DNA from: Roseibacillus sp.
GTDB taxonomy: Bacteria; Verrucomicrobiota; Verrucomicrobiia; Verrucomicrobiales; Akkermansiaceae
Length of the DNA: 64,000 nucleotides
Assembly: GCA_965242925.1 (NCBI GenBank)
Contig: CBDEUM010000014.1
Location: 416,001-480,000, forward strand
Direction of reading: 5' to 3'
The translations under genes were made by a program, and so were the position numbers. The notes beneath the pieces were generated by a model, which was not told the DNA's origin, ran no database searches, and saw only the letters and a list, made by a program, of their open reading frames with translations. Positions 28,374 through 38,099 of this stretch are shown here, in pieces. Each line of letters opens with the position of its first letter. Within the stretch, counting starts at the first letter, position 1.

Positions 28374-28721
28374 TTAACCACTGGCCTGAATCACGTTGTT
28401 CGCTTTATCAAGAACGAGCTTGCGTGCTTCCTCCGGTTCCTCACTCAGCCCAAAGGCCATGATGGTTACCAGTTCCCCTTTTCCGATCAGGTGGGCAGCT
28501 CCCCCATTGATGATGATCTTTCGGGTTCCAGCCGGGCCCACCTGGACATATGTCTCCAGCCGGGCTCCAGTGGTGATGGAGGCTACCAGGACCTTCTCGC
28601 CCGACCAGAGGCGGGCCTCCTCCACGAGGTCGGCCGGGATTTCGATACTCCCCTCGTAGTCCACGGAGGCCTCGCTGATCATGGCCCGATGAAGTTTGGA
28701 TTTGAGCACCTGCCGAAGCAT
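28374..28721 (-). CDS. panD: Aspartate 1-decarboxylase
   Basis: LKSKLHRA, YEG|SI self-cleavage site, RLETYV, NGGAAH. Confidence 0.96.
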   Translation of the reverse strand: MLRQVLKSKLHRAMISEASVDYEGSIEIPADLVEEARLWSGEKVLVASITTGARLETYVQVGPAGTRKIIINGGAAHLIGKGELVTIMAFGLSEEPEEARKLVLDKANNVIQASG

Positions 28722-28819
28722 GGCGGGAAGGAAACTGGCGTAGCCGCTCACGTCAAGACGCGAAAATCCGCGTGCATCCAGCCGGTTCTTGCCGCACCAT
28801 TCCTCTTCCCCGGCAAAAC

Positions 28820-29902
28820 ATGAGCCTTCGAATTCTCCTGATCCTGGTGATCCTGCTCCCCGTCTCCCTCCGTGCGGAGGAACCTGCGGAGCCTGCTCCT
28901 CCTTCCAGGCAAGTCGTTCTCAAGGCGCTGCAGTGGATGCAGTCGAGCACTCCACAGCGCCGTCAGGCGGCCTATCGCAGCGTTCACCTGCTGGGAAAAG
29001 AAGCGATCCCCTCCTTCCGCAAGGCCCTCCAGAAGGCCCGGCAATATCATGAGCGACGGCTCGCCGACGTCCTCAGCGGACGGAATCGCGGAGGCAATCC
29101 CTACGGCGAACTGGTGAGCGTTGTGGACGAACTGCGTCAGGAGCGTGCCCGCATCTACCCGCTCATGATGCGCGACTGGCAAAAGGACAAGCAGGAGATC
29201 GACAAGCTGCGCGCGGAGTGGGCCCGGCTCGACGGCCTCTACCAGAAAGCCTCCAGACTGGGGCAGGCGGATACCGCCTCCATCGACAAGCAGATTGATG
29301 AGATTACAGATGCCCTGGTGGAGATTCACGATCAACTCGCCCGGTTCGAGGGCCAGACCAAGGAAGAGGCGGAGGAAATCAGCGCCGAGGAGCGCCGGAA
29401 GGTGGCTCTTGAGGAAAGTTTTGACGGCAGCAGTTACATGAAAGCTGCCCAGGTCCTCGGAGCCATGCGCGCGGAAGTGGCCACCCTCACCTCTGCCAAC
29501 CAGCACAACAACACATCGAACTGGGCCAGCGCACCGCAGAAGAACTTCGCCAGGCTTATCAGTTACGAACGGGCGGTCCTCGGACTGCGCCCGCTCAAGC
29601 TGGAAGAAAAACTGAGCGCCGCCGCCAGCGGTCACTCCGCGGACATGGCGCAGATGGGATTTTTCTCCCACACTTCGCCCGTTTCCGGCAAAAAAAGTTT
29701 CACCGACCGGGCCCGCAGGGCAGGTTTCCGAGGTGGTCCATCCGGCGAGTGTATCGCGGCGGGCCAAGGCAGCTTTTCCTCCGCCTACGGATCCTGGTTC
29801 TACTCAGACGGACACCGCCACATCATGCTCGCCAAAGGGCCGAATGTGCTGGGCTTCGGTGCAGCCTCAAAGCACTGGACTCTCGTGACAGGGCGCCTGT
29901 AG
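28820..29902 (+). CDS. Secreted CAP (SCP)-domain protein
   Basis: Signal peptide; helical region; HSADMAQMGFFSH, GECIAAG and W..SDGH..IM motifs. Confidence 0.88.
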   Translation: MSLRILLILVILLPVSLRAEEPAEPAPPSRQVVLKALQWMQSSTPQRRQAAYRSVHLLGKEAIPSFRKALQKARQYHERRLADVLSGRNRGGNPYGELVSVVDELRQERARIYPLMMRDWQKDKQEIDKLRAEWARLDGLYQKASRLGQADTASIDKQIDEITDALVEIHDQLARFEGQTKEEAEEISAEERRKVALEESFDGSSYMKAAQVLGAMRAEVATLTSANQHNNTSNWASAPQKNFARLISYERAVLGLRPLKLEEKLSAAASGHSADMAQMGFFSHTSPVSGKKSFTDRARRAGFRGGPSGECIAAGQGSFSSAYGSWFYSDGHRHIMLAKGPNVLGFGAASKHWTLVTGRL

Positions 29903-29944
29903 CTACCGCAGCCCATTGCCGTGGAGGGACAAGGCCCCGGGGAA

Positions 29945-31528
29945 CTAGGAGATCTCCACCGCCAGCAGGCAGACGTCGTCGTCAAAGCGCTGGCTTTCCG
30001 CAAAGGAGAGAACGCGGTCAAGCACACGGTCAAGGAGGGCGTCCACTCCGATGCTCTCTCCTTCCGAAACAGCCTGTACCAGTCTGTTCTGAAGAAAGGC
30101 TTCCCCCTCACGGTTCTCCACTTCAATAATCCCGTCAGTGAAAAGCATGAGCTGCTTGATCTGGCTCAGCTTGAAGGTCCGGGTTTCATACTCGGCCTCC
30201 GGAAAGAGCCCCAACGCCGCGCCCTTGCCGCGCCCCCCCATGGGCAACACGCTTGTCCCCTCCTCGCCGCGCATGATTGGGGCGGGATGTCCTGCGCTGG
30301 CATAGCGTAGTTCCCCGTTTTCGAGATCAATCACCGCCAGAAAGGCGGTCGCGAACATGGTCATCTCCGCCTTGAGCAGAATGGCCGCCAGTCCGCTGTT
30401 GAGCTGCCCGAGAAACTCCCCGGGATCCTCTGCCACCTGGTGAATCCGTTCCGCCAGCCCCCGCAGCATGGACACGATGATGGCCGACCTTACCCCGTGA
30501 CCCATCACATCGCAGATAAAGAGGCCGGCTGCATGATCCCCGATGGGAAACACCTCGAAGAAATCGCCCGCCAATCCGGAGATCGGGATGTAGCGGTGCC
30601 CGAACTGCAGGCGTCCTCCGCTTTTACCCCCACTGGAAACCACGGGATACTCGTGCGGCAGGAGAGCCTGCTGGACCTCCCGCGCTAGGGCCAGTTCCTC
30701 TTCGATCTCGTCGTTGCGCTGCTGCAGGGCCGCCGCGGCCTCAGCCAGGGACTGCTGGGTCCGCACCAGTTCAGATACGTCACTGGAAACTCCGAAGGTT
30801 CCTATGATTTCCCCTATCCGGTCGACCAGGGGCATCTTGGTGGTCAGAACCCAGGCTTCAGTCCCCCGGGCCGTCGTCTCCTTCTCGACATAACCAAGAA
30901 TCGGCTGCCCGGTGTCGATGATTTGCTGCTCATCGCGCAAGGCTTCGTCCGCATGATCCTCCCGAAAGAGGTCGTGGTCGCTCTTGCCGATGACGTCCTC
31001 GGGGCTCCCAAAGCCGTTCCACTTCGCCATCGACTTGTTGACCAGGGTGAACTTCGAGTCGCGATCCTTGAAATAGATGTTAAGAGGAACGTTTTCAATG
31101 AGCAACCGCATGAGGTGGCGCTCTTCCAGGAGCTCCTGCTCCACCAGCTTCCGCGGCGTAATATTGATCATTGACCCCGCCATCCGCACTGCCTGGCCCT
31201 CCCTGTCACGAACCACCACCCCGCGGATGCGAAACCAATGCCAGGCACCCTCGCCCTTTGTCACCTGGATACGGGGTTCCACGGCCAGGAGATTATCGGC
31301 GCCCGGCTGCAGAATCTCCCGGAGCCGCTCTATGAAACTGTCCCGGTCATCCTCGTGAATCAGGTCAACCTCATGAAAAAGGTGGGGCATCTCTTCTCGC
31401 CTGCGCCCGAGGAACCGCAGAATCCGCCCCGAGTAGTGGATCTCGTCCGTCGTAATATTCCAGTCCCAGATGCCCTCGTTTGACGCACGCAGCGCCAGCT
31501 CCAGACGATCATCCATCCGATAGGGCAT
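29945..31528 (-). CDS. PAS-PAS / SpoIIE (PP2C-type) phosphatase, RsbU/RsbP-like
   Basis: Two PAS/PAC domains; GDFF, CDVMGHGVRSA, FTDGI and DDVC motifs. Confidence 0.93.
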   Translation of the reverse strand: MPYRMDDRLELALRASNEGIWDWNITTDEIHYSGRILRFLGRRREEMPHLFHEVDLIHEDDRDSFIERLREILQPGADNLLAVEPRIQVTKGEGAWHWFRIRGVVVRDREGQAVRMAGSMINITPRKLVEQELLEERHLMRLLIENVPLNIYFKDRDSKFTLVNKSMAKWNGFGSPEDVIGKSDHDLFREDHADEALRDEQQIIDTGQPILGYVEKETTARGTEAWVLTTKMPLVDRIGEIIGTFGVSSDVSELVRTQQSLAEAAAALQQRNDEIEEELALAREVQQALLPHEYPVVSSGGKSGGRLQFGHRYIPISGLAGDFFEVFPIGDHAAGLFICDVMGHGVRSAIIVSMLRGLAERIHQVAEDPGEFLGQLNSGLAAILLKAEMTMFATAFLAVIDLENGELRYASAGHPAPIMRGEEGTSVLPMGGRGKGAALGLFPEAEYETRTFKLSQIKQLMLFTDGIIEVENREGEAFLQNRLVQAVSEGESIGVDALLDRVLDRVLSFAESQRFDDDVCLLAVEIS

Positions 31529-31641
31529 CCCATCGATATTAAAGCGCAATCTGCCGTCAAGCTCAACCCCTTGTTCGCATCCTCCCCGAGAATTTACGCT
31601 GTCTCCCCAGCATGATCCAAGCTATATAGGGCGCCAACGCC

Positions 31642-31749
31642 ATGACACGTAAATCCATTGAGGCTACCGCGAAGTACTTCATCTGGGGACTCTTTGTCTT
31701 CTTCCTCCTCGTCATATTCAAGGTTCTGGAAATGATGGGGCTTGGCTAG
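31642..31749 (+). CDS. 35-aa single-TM small protein
   Basis: MTRKSIEATAKYFIWGLFVFFLLVIFKVLEMMGLG*; below the ORF-track length cutoff. Confidence 0.55.
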   Translation: MTRKSIEATAKYFIWGLFVFFLLVIFKVLEMMGLG

Positions 31750-31958
31750 GAAGTGACCGGCGTTCCCCTGAAAAGGGAAAGGGTAGCCTCCTTCAAAGAG
31801 CCTCCCCCCGGGTATCCCCTCTGCATGGCGACCAATCTATTGAGCCGCCGGAATGATTCCCAGGCTCCCGGCCAGTTCCAGATCTTCACAATTGACGCTC
31901 CCCACGGGGATACGGGGGCATTCCAGCTACCTAAGAACTAATTCCGCTTTCTTCTCAT

Positions 31959-32354
31959 ATGCACAAACTTCCATCACGCCGCTCCACGCGGGCAATGAAG
32001 CTCGGCTCCATCAGTCTCCTCCTCCTGCTCTTCACCCTGCCCTCCTCCATCGCCCTCATGGTCTACGCCCTCTGCACCCAGGAGGATCAGTACGCCTTCC
32101 TGGGGTTATGCGGCATGTTCACCTCCCTGGTGTTCTCCATCTTCTCCAAGACCTTTGCCTCTTCCGCTCACTGCCCGCTCTGCCGCGGTCCCGTCCTCCG
32201 CGGATCAGGCGCCCAGCGAAACCGACGCGCCAGACGCTCGCTCGGCAGCCATCGCCTCCGCGTCGCCCGCGATATCATCTTCACCAATTCCTTCGTCTGC
32301 CCCTACTGCAACGAACAGACCCTCTGCATAGTCAGGGAACGGCGCCCGATGTAA
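31959..32354 (+). CDS. 2-TM membrane protein with C-terminal zinc ribbon (CPLC...CPYC)
   Basis: Two hydrophobic helices followed by two CxxC motifs. Confidence 0.75.
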   Translation: MHKLPSRRSTRAMKLGSISLLLLLFTLPSSIALMVYALCTQEDQYAFLGLCGMFTSLVFSIFSKTFASSAHCPLCRGPVLRGSGAQRNRRARRSLGSHRLRVARDIIFTNSFVCPYCNEQTLCIVRERRPM

Positions 32355-32423
32355 CGACAGCGGCCCGCGGCCGAAACTGGCAACTCCTGCCCGCTGATCG
32401 AAAGAACCCCGGGATATCCCAAT

Positions 32424-32981
32424 CTACCAGTTGACTGCTACTTTCTGCTCAATTCCAGAGCCATCTGCGTATCTGACGTAGCCATGTTCGCGCCCGTGCT
32501 CGTGCAGGCACTTGGTGACCTTCACATCATACGCACAGTATTCCGCGATCTTCATCAGAGGCTCGTTGCTCCCGGTGGTCTGGTGCTCTCGCCACCACTT
32601 GAGGGCGTCCACCCCCACAGCGGACTTGCCGGTCCCAAGGGTGGCCGTGGCCACCTGCCCGAGCCCGATACGCCTGCCCAGGATCTCCTTCAAGTCAGCC
32701 ATCAGATCGAGGTTCACCGTCCGCGAACCGAGATCCAGCACGGTATAACCTTCCAGCACACCGTAGTCGAAATGCAGGTGGTTGTAGCCCACAACCAGAT
32801 CCGCCATGGTTAGAAGCTGAACGAGGTCCTCCAGTTCATCTTCCGGGTAGACGCGGTATTCCCCCGACTCGGCGCAGAAGGAACACCCTACCGAGACTCC
32901 CATCTTTCCGAGGTTGGTAGCCCCACCGACGTCATTAAAGCTGCGTTGCGTTTCCAGATCGAAGTAAACCGTCCCGGCCAT
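32424..32981 (-). CDS. RNase H-like (YprB/RNase_H_2-type, DEDD) domain protein
   Basis: YFDLET, VGYN..FDY, YCAYDV acidic motifs. Confidence 0.85.
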   Translation of the reverse strand: MAGTVYFDLETQRSFNDVGGATNLGKMGVSVGCSFCAESGEYRVYPEDELEDLVQLLTMADLVVGYNHLHFDYGVLEGYTVLDLGSRTVNLDLMADLKEILGRRIGLGQVATATLGTGKSAVGVDALKWWREHQTTGSNEPLMKIAEYCAYDVKVTKCLHEHGREHGYVRYADGSGIEQKVAVNW

Positions 32982-33029
32982 AAATATCTTGCCCGAGTAT
33001 TGAGACCGCTTCCGGGAGAGTCAACTCAC

Positions 33030-33794
33030 TCAGCCCTCAAGCTCGCGCACAATTTCCAGAATCTCGATAAAGGTCGGCCTCAGAACGACCGCGAGCAGCG
33101 TCAGGATAATGAGGAAAAACACCGTGAAGAGCAGAACGGGAAGAACAAGCGGGCCCACCACCCGCACCCTGGTCCTTGTCACGGTGTCCCACGGCGTCAC
33201 GTTGAAGCGCATGAGATACCAGATGCAGTAGACGTGACAGATCCCGGTCAGAAACGGATGCACCATGAGACCGAGTCCAACAATATAGGCTCGCAAAGAG
33301 CGCACCAGAGCTCCCTGCAGGGAAAGGGCCTGTTCCTCCGGCGTGACCACCCGGATCCCCAGGAGGAACTTGCCCGGAGTGGTCTTGGTGAGATGCAGAA
33401 TGGCAGCCTCGAGGAAGACGAAGGGCAGGAAGTAGAGGTAGAGAAACGAGCCCCCAGCCGCCTCAAGGAGATTCTGCCCGGTGAATCGGACCAGCGAGAA
33501 GACAAGAAGGAGATAGAGCGAGACATCAAACCACCGGGCAAAGAACCGCAGGAAAGGTAACGGCTGACTCGGCTGACTCGGCAGAGGCGGAGGAAGGACC
33601 TGGTGCAACTCCTCCCACGATTTCCCGAACTCCGCCCGGAAGGCGTCCATCTCCCGCAGCTTCACCCAGTCGCTCTGGTCCTTGTGCCACGCAAGTTCGT
33701 CCCCCGCAAGTTCACCGGCCTCAATACGGTCGCGGATCTGGTAGGTCTCAAACGGCCCCCGCTTTTCTCCCTCTTCAACAATCCAGATTTCCAT
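33030..33794 (-). CDS. RDD family protein with N-terminal GYF_2-like domain
   Basis: GEKRGPF...WHK..DW..L; RFFARWFD; TPGKFLLGIRVV. Confidence 0.88.
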   Translation of the reverse strand: MEIWIVEEGEKRGPFETYQIRDRIEAGELAGDELAWHKDQSDWVKLREMDAFRAEFGKSWEELHQVLPPPLPSQPSQPLPFLRFFARWFDVSLYLLLVFSLVRFTGQNLLEAAGGSFLYLYFLPFVFLEAAILHLTKTTPGKFLLGIRVVTPEEQALSLQGALVRSLRAYIVGLGLMVHPFLTGICHVYCIWYLMRFNVTPWDTVTRTRVRVVGPLVLPVLLFTVFFLIILTLLAVVLRPTFIEILEIVRELEG

Positions 33795-33812
33795 CACGCA
33801 ACCTTTCAGTCC

Positions 33813-35417
33813 TCAGTAATTGCGGAGACAACGCGCAGGATCATGTCGCGAGGTAAGAAAGGCCGGGATCAGTGCCGCTACCACACACAGGAGAAAGGCT
33901 CCCGCTCCCACAATCATCACCTCCTGGGCGTTGATGTGGGCCGGCAGCCCATCGATCCCGTGAAAGTCCGCCGGGAAAATATCGAATCCCACCTGCTTGA
34001 GCAGTTCATATATGGGATCCCGGAAATGCACCACCAGGAGGCCAAGCCCCACACCCAGCAGGGAACCCATCAACCCGACGATCGATCCCTGCAAGGTAAA
34101 GACCCGAACCACCTGAAAAGGAGTGGCTCCCAGGGCCTTCATGACTCCGATCTCCTGCTTCTTCATGATGGTGATGGTGAAGATCACCGCCATGATGCAG
34201 AAGGCGGAGACCAGCACGATGAAGGAGAGGGCAAAGTACATCATCATGCGCTCGCGCGCGATGAGCTCTACCCAGCTCCGGTTCTGATCCTTCCAGCTCA
34301 ACACCGACCACGCGGAACCCAGGGCCTCCTCGAGCCGGGCCTGCACTGGTTCAACCTGGTAGGGATCATCCACCCGGACTCCCAGGGCCTCCACCCCGCC
34401 CTCCATGTTTTTCAGCTCCTGCCCGGTGGCGAGCGGAACGAAGACACCAGGATGCATCACGTGCTGACTGGTCTGGAAGACCCCCACCACTTCCAGTTCC
34501 CGGGGCAGGGCCACTTCCTTCATGCCACGCAACAACCGCCCATCCTCAATCTCCCGGTCCATCCTGTCGAGGATGTCGAATTGATCCAGCACCTTCTCCA
34601 CCGAACCCGGCTCAAGCAGAAACCGCGCTCCATCCCCGCTCTTCTTCCCTCCCTGGAAAATGACCAGGATCGTATTGAGCCCCTGGCGTTCGCTCTCCCG
34701 GATCTTCTCCTGGCGAATTGCATCGAGGGAATCGTAGATGCCCGCGAGGAGCTCCAGTTCGAAAGACTCCCTGGTATCCTCCACCGTCATCTTGTTGCGC
34801 AGATCCTTACGGATCTGCGCAAACATCCCGGCATGCTCCTTCGCAACGAGAGGCCGATCCGTGATCTTCCAGGCTTCCGCCAGCTGCTGCAGGTTGCGCG
34901 CGGAGTGGAGCAGGATCTTGTCTCCTACCACGATCCCGAACTGCCTGGCCGTCGACTCTGCCACCACCGCCTTCTCATCAAGTCCCATGTCCGCTGTGCC
35001 CCCCTTGAGGATCAGATCTTCCAGGGCTGCCATCTGGCGTGTGTTGGTGGTGTCGATTGCGCGGTACTCCACCGGATAGAAGAGGTCGAACCTCTCCAGG
35101 ATGGTAAAGTCCCGAAGCTGGGCGTAGGCCTCCTCCACGCCCTCCTCCTTCTCGACCTGCGCCTTGACCTCACGCCAGTCGTATATGAGCTGCTTCTCGC
35201 CCCCTTCCATCTTCTCGAGTTCGATATGGGGAGCGAAGCCCAGCAACCGACTCTTCACCTCCCGCTCGAATCCGGCCATCACTGCCAGAACCACGATGAG
35301 GACCATCACCCCCACTGCCACCCCCAGGAGACAAACCAGGGTAATGAGCGAGAAATGGGTCCGCTTCGGATTAAGATAGCGAAGCGCGAGCGTCAGGCTG
35401 AAGGACCGAAGTGCGAT
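33813..35417 (-). CDS. Lipoprotein-releasing ABC transporter permease (LolC/LolE family); start codon uncertain, probably ATC
   Basis: LALRYLNPKR..FSLITL..LGVAVGV..LIVVLAVMAGF; KKQEIGVMKALGA; C-terminal IPA..DPA..LR. No ATG/GTG/TTG lies between the in-frame TAG (35427-35429) and the conserved N-terminal motif. Confidence 0.9.
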   Translation of the reverse strand: MALRSFSLTLALRYLNPKRTHFSLITLVCLLGVAVGVMVLIVVLAVMAGFEREVKSRLLGFAPHIELEKMEGGEKQLIYDWREVKAQVEKEEGVEEAYAQLRDFTILERFDLFYPVEYRAIDTTNTRQMAALEDLILKGGTADMGLDEKAVVAESTARQFGIVVGDKILLHSARNLQQLAEAWKITDRPLVAKEHAGMFAQIRKDLRNKMTVEDTRESFELELLAGIYDSLDAIRQEKIRESERQGLNTILVIFQGGKKSGDGARFLLEPGSVEKVLDQFDILDRMDREIEDGRLLRGMKEVALPRELEVVGVFQTSQHVMHPGVFVPLATGQELKNMEGGVEALGVRVDDPYQVEPVQARLEEALGSAWSVLSWKDQNRSWVELIARERMMMYFALSFIVLVSAFCIMAVIFTITIMKKQEIGVMKALGATPFQVVRVFTLQGSIVGLMGSLLGVGLGLLVVHFRDPIYELLKQVGFDIFPADFHGIDGLPAHINAQEVMIVGAGAFLLCVVAALIPAFLTSRHDPARCLRNY

Positions 35418-35570
35418 AAGGTTTAACTACTGCTGGGTCACTGGCGTAGCAAGAGGCAATCCTCACGCAACCGGATAGGAAGCCCCGGGGAGGGTCCCGG
35501 AATTTGCGGAATCACCTCAAAGGCGATTCTTTCCTTGTCACTCGCTCCCGGCTTCCCGCTACTTACCTCA

Positions 35571-35945
35571 ATGATCAAGTTTCTCCACACCCGCATCCGA
35601 GTCTCCGATCCAGATGCCTCCATTGCCTTCTATCGGAGGCTCGGCTTCGAACTCGGAGAGCGCAAGGACTCCCCCCAGGGCAACAAGCTCGCCTTCCTCC
35701 ACCTCCCCGGAAACGAGCACTTCCTCGAGCTCACTTACTCGCCGGGCTTCGAGGTCAAATTTCCCGAGGACCTCATGCACACCTGCGTGGGCGTCCCCGA
35801 CATCATCGACTACTGTGACCGCCTTGAGAACGACGGCATCGAAATCTGGCCGGGCGGCTGGCGCGAGAAGTTCTCCTCCGGTGACCACAAGATGGCCTTT
35901 GTCACCGACCCGGACGGCTACGAAGTGGAGATTCTGGAGCGATAG
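35571..35945 (+). CDS. VOC/glyoxalase I family protein
   Basis: FLHTRIRVSD, LELTY and FVTDPDGYEVE motifs. Confidence 0.93.
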   Translation: MIKFLHTRIRVSDPDASIAFYRRLGFELGERKDSPQGNKLAFLHLPGNEHFLELTYSPGFEVKFPEDLMHTCVGVPDIIDYCDRLENDGIEIWPGGWREKFSSGDHKMAFVTDPDGYEVEILER

Positions 35946-36000
35946 CTCCACCTTTGCGACCACCGGATCGGGATCTGCCAGCTCCCACTATCCCCGGCCC

Positions 36001-38037
36001 CTATTGTTCCCCTTTCTCCTCCTCTATTCTCTCCCGTAACTGCGGATAGCCCTCCAGGCCCGGATCCCGATCCAACAGATCTTCCGCCAGCGCTCTCGCT
36101 TCCCTTACAAGCTCGGTGTCGGCCAGGAAGTCGACAAAGCGCAGATCGCTCATGCCGCTCTGCGCCGTCCCGAGGACCTCCCCCGGTCCGCGCAGGACGA
36201 GATCTTCCTCCGCGATCTTGAACCCGTCCCCGGTCTCTTCCAGCACGCGGAGCTTCCGCAGGGCGTCTTCGCTCTTCCCGTCCGTTACCAGAATGCAGTA
36301 GCTCTGATGCTTTCCCCGCCCGATGCGACCCCGCAACTGGTGCAACTGGGCCAGCCCGAATCGCTCGGCATTGTAAATGACCATCATATTGGCATTGGGC
36401 ACATCCACGCCCACCTCCACCACCGTAGTGGCCACCAGGACCTGGATTTCGTTGTCTCGAAAGCGAGTCATGATCTCCTCCTTCTCCTCCGGCTTCAGTT
36501 GCCCATGCAGGAGGCCGACTTCGTAGTCCCCAAGCCTCTTCTGCCACTTCTCGAATTCGCCTGTCGCAGACGCTGCCTTCACCGCCCCACTTTCCTCCAC
36601 CAGGGGATACACCAGGTAGGCTTGCCTCCCCTTCCCGAGCTGTTCCTTGAGGAACCGGGTGACATCGGTGACTCTGGGCTTTTCCCGCACACCGGTGATG
36701 ATCCTGCCCCGACCCGCCGGCAACTCGTCCAGCACGGAGACATCGAGATCTCCGTAGATGGTTAGCGTCAGCGTGCGCGGAATGGGCGTGGCGGTCATGA
36801 CCAGCACATCCGGCATGATCCCCTGTTGGATAAGCCTTCCGCGCTGCGCGACCCCGAACTTGTGCTGCTCATCGATGATCACCAGGCCCAGGTCATGAAA
36901 GTCCACGCTGTCGTAAAGAAGGGCATGGGTGCCGATTACGATCTGCGGTTCACCCTCCAGATCGAGGTGATCACTCTCCTTCTTCGCTCCGGTTACCAGC
37001 GCAAGGCGAACATCGAGGACTGCCAGCCACTTCCGGAAGGTGAAGTAGTGCTGCTCGGCCAGGATCTGGGTCGGCGCCATCAGGGCGGCCTGGCTGCCCG
37101 ACTCCACGGCCAGGAGCATTGCGCACATGGCCACGAACGTCTTTCCCGAACCCACGTCACCCTGCAGGAGACGGTTCATGGGACGTTCACTGCGAAGATC
37201 CGCCGTAATCTCGTGCACACTGCGCTTCTGGGCCCCGGTCAGGTCGAAAGGAAGGCTCTCATAAAAGGCGCTGAGCAGTCCGGTCCTGCGACCCTGTACC
37301 CGCCCCGGATGCTCCAGATGCCGTCGGCGCCGCCACAGAACGTTCACCTGCAGGAGGAAGAACTCTTCCAGGGCAAAATAACGCCGGGCTTCATGGACCC
37401 GTTCCAATTCATCCGGAAAGTGCACGGTGCTCAACGCCTCACTGCGCGAGGGGCCCAACTCGATCCCATAGGGCCCTTCCACACTGGCGAGATCCAGTCG
37501 CGCCAGCGTCTCATGGAGCAATTCCCGCAGACGCCGCTGCGGGACACCCGTCACATTCCGGTAGATTGGAACGATCCGTTCAAGGTGGATGGAGGGCCCT
37601 CCGTCCGCCTGCACCACTTCAAACTCCGGGTGATCGACGAGGAGGCGTCCGCCGTGCTCCTTGGGCTTGCCATAGACCACCACCTCGTGCCCCACCGCCA
37701 CCATGCGGTGCACGTAAGGCATGTTGAACCAGCGACAGGTGATCTTGTTGGAGGCAAGAATGGTGTCCCCGCCTTCCTGGATCACGATTTCGTAAAACTG
37801 GCGCCGTCCTCCTAAGCGTTTCCGGGCCGAATCCACCACCGTGCCCTGCAGGCAGACTGCCTTTCCACTCGCCTGAGCCGGAAAGGCGTCGAAACGACGC
37901 CGGTCTTCGTAGCGCCGGGGAAACCAATGCAGAAGATCTTCGACGGTGTGGATCTCCCCCGCCGCGAGAGCCTGCGCCTCCTTGGAGGTAAATGGCTCCA
38001 GGGAAGAGAGAAGGAGGCTGCTGTTCCAGGCACTCAT
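36001..38037 (-). CDS. recG: ATP-dependent DNA helicase RecG
   Basis: LLQGDVGSGKT, DEQHKFG, MTATPIPRT, QLHQLRGRIGRG, D...RGPGE. Confidence 0.97.
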   Translation of the reverse strand: MSAWNSSLLLSSLEPFTSKEAQALAAGEIHTVEDLLHWFPRRYEDRRRFDAFPAQASGKAVCLQGTVVDSARKRLGGRRQFYEIVIQEGGDTILASNKITCRWFNMPYVHRMVAVGHEVVVYGKPKEHGGRLLVDHPEFEVVQADGGPSIHLERIVPIYRNVTGVPQRRLRELLHETLARLDLASVEGPYGIELGPSRSEALSTVHFPDELERVHEARRYFALEEFFLLQVNVLWRRRRHLEHPGRVQGRRTGLLSAFYESLPFDLTGAQKRSVHEITADLRSERPMNRLLQGDVGSGKTFVAMCAMLLAVESGSQAALMAPTQILAEQHYFTFRKWLAVLDVRLALVTGAKKESDHLDLEGEPQIVIGTHALLYDSVDFHDLGLVIIDEQHKFGVAQRGRLIQQGIMPDVLVMTATPIPRTLTLTIYGDLDVSVLDELPAGRGRIITGVREKPRVTDVTRFLKEQLGKGRQAYLVYPLVEESGAVKAASATGEFEKWQKRLGDYEVGLLHGQLKPEEKEEIMTRFRDNEIQVLVATTVVEVGVDVPNANMMVIYNAERFGLAQLHQLRGRIGRGKHQSYCILVTDGKSEDALRKLRVLEETGDGFKIAEEDLVLRGPGEVLGTAQSGMSDLRFVDFLADTELVREARALAEDLLDRDPGLEGYPQLRERIEEEKGEQ

Positions 38038-38099
38038 GAATCCTGCTCCACTCCCATTCTTCAATTCGGTAACAATCGCAAGGGTGCAACTGGCACGGC

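Noticed and set aside
29945..31528. PAS-PP2C phosphatase as the cognate phosphatase of the lectin kinases
   Set aside because: It is 22 kb away and of the RsbU/SpoIIE partner-switching type; no sequence evidence links them.
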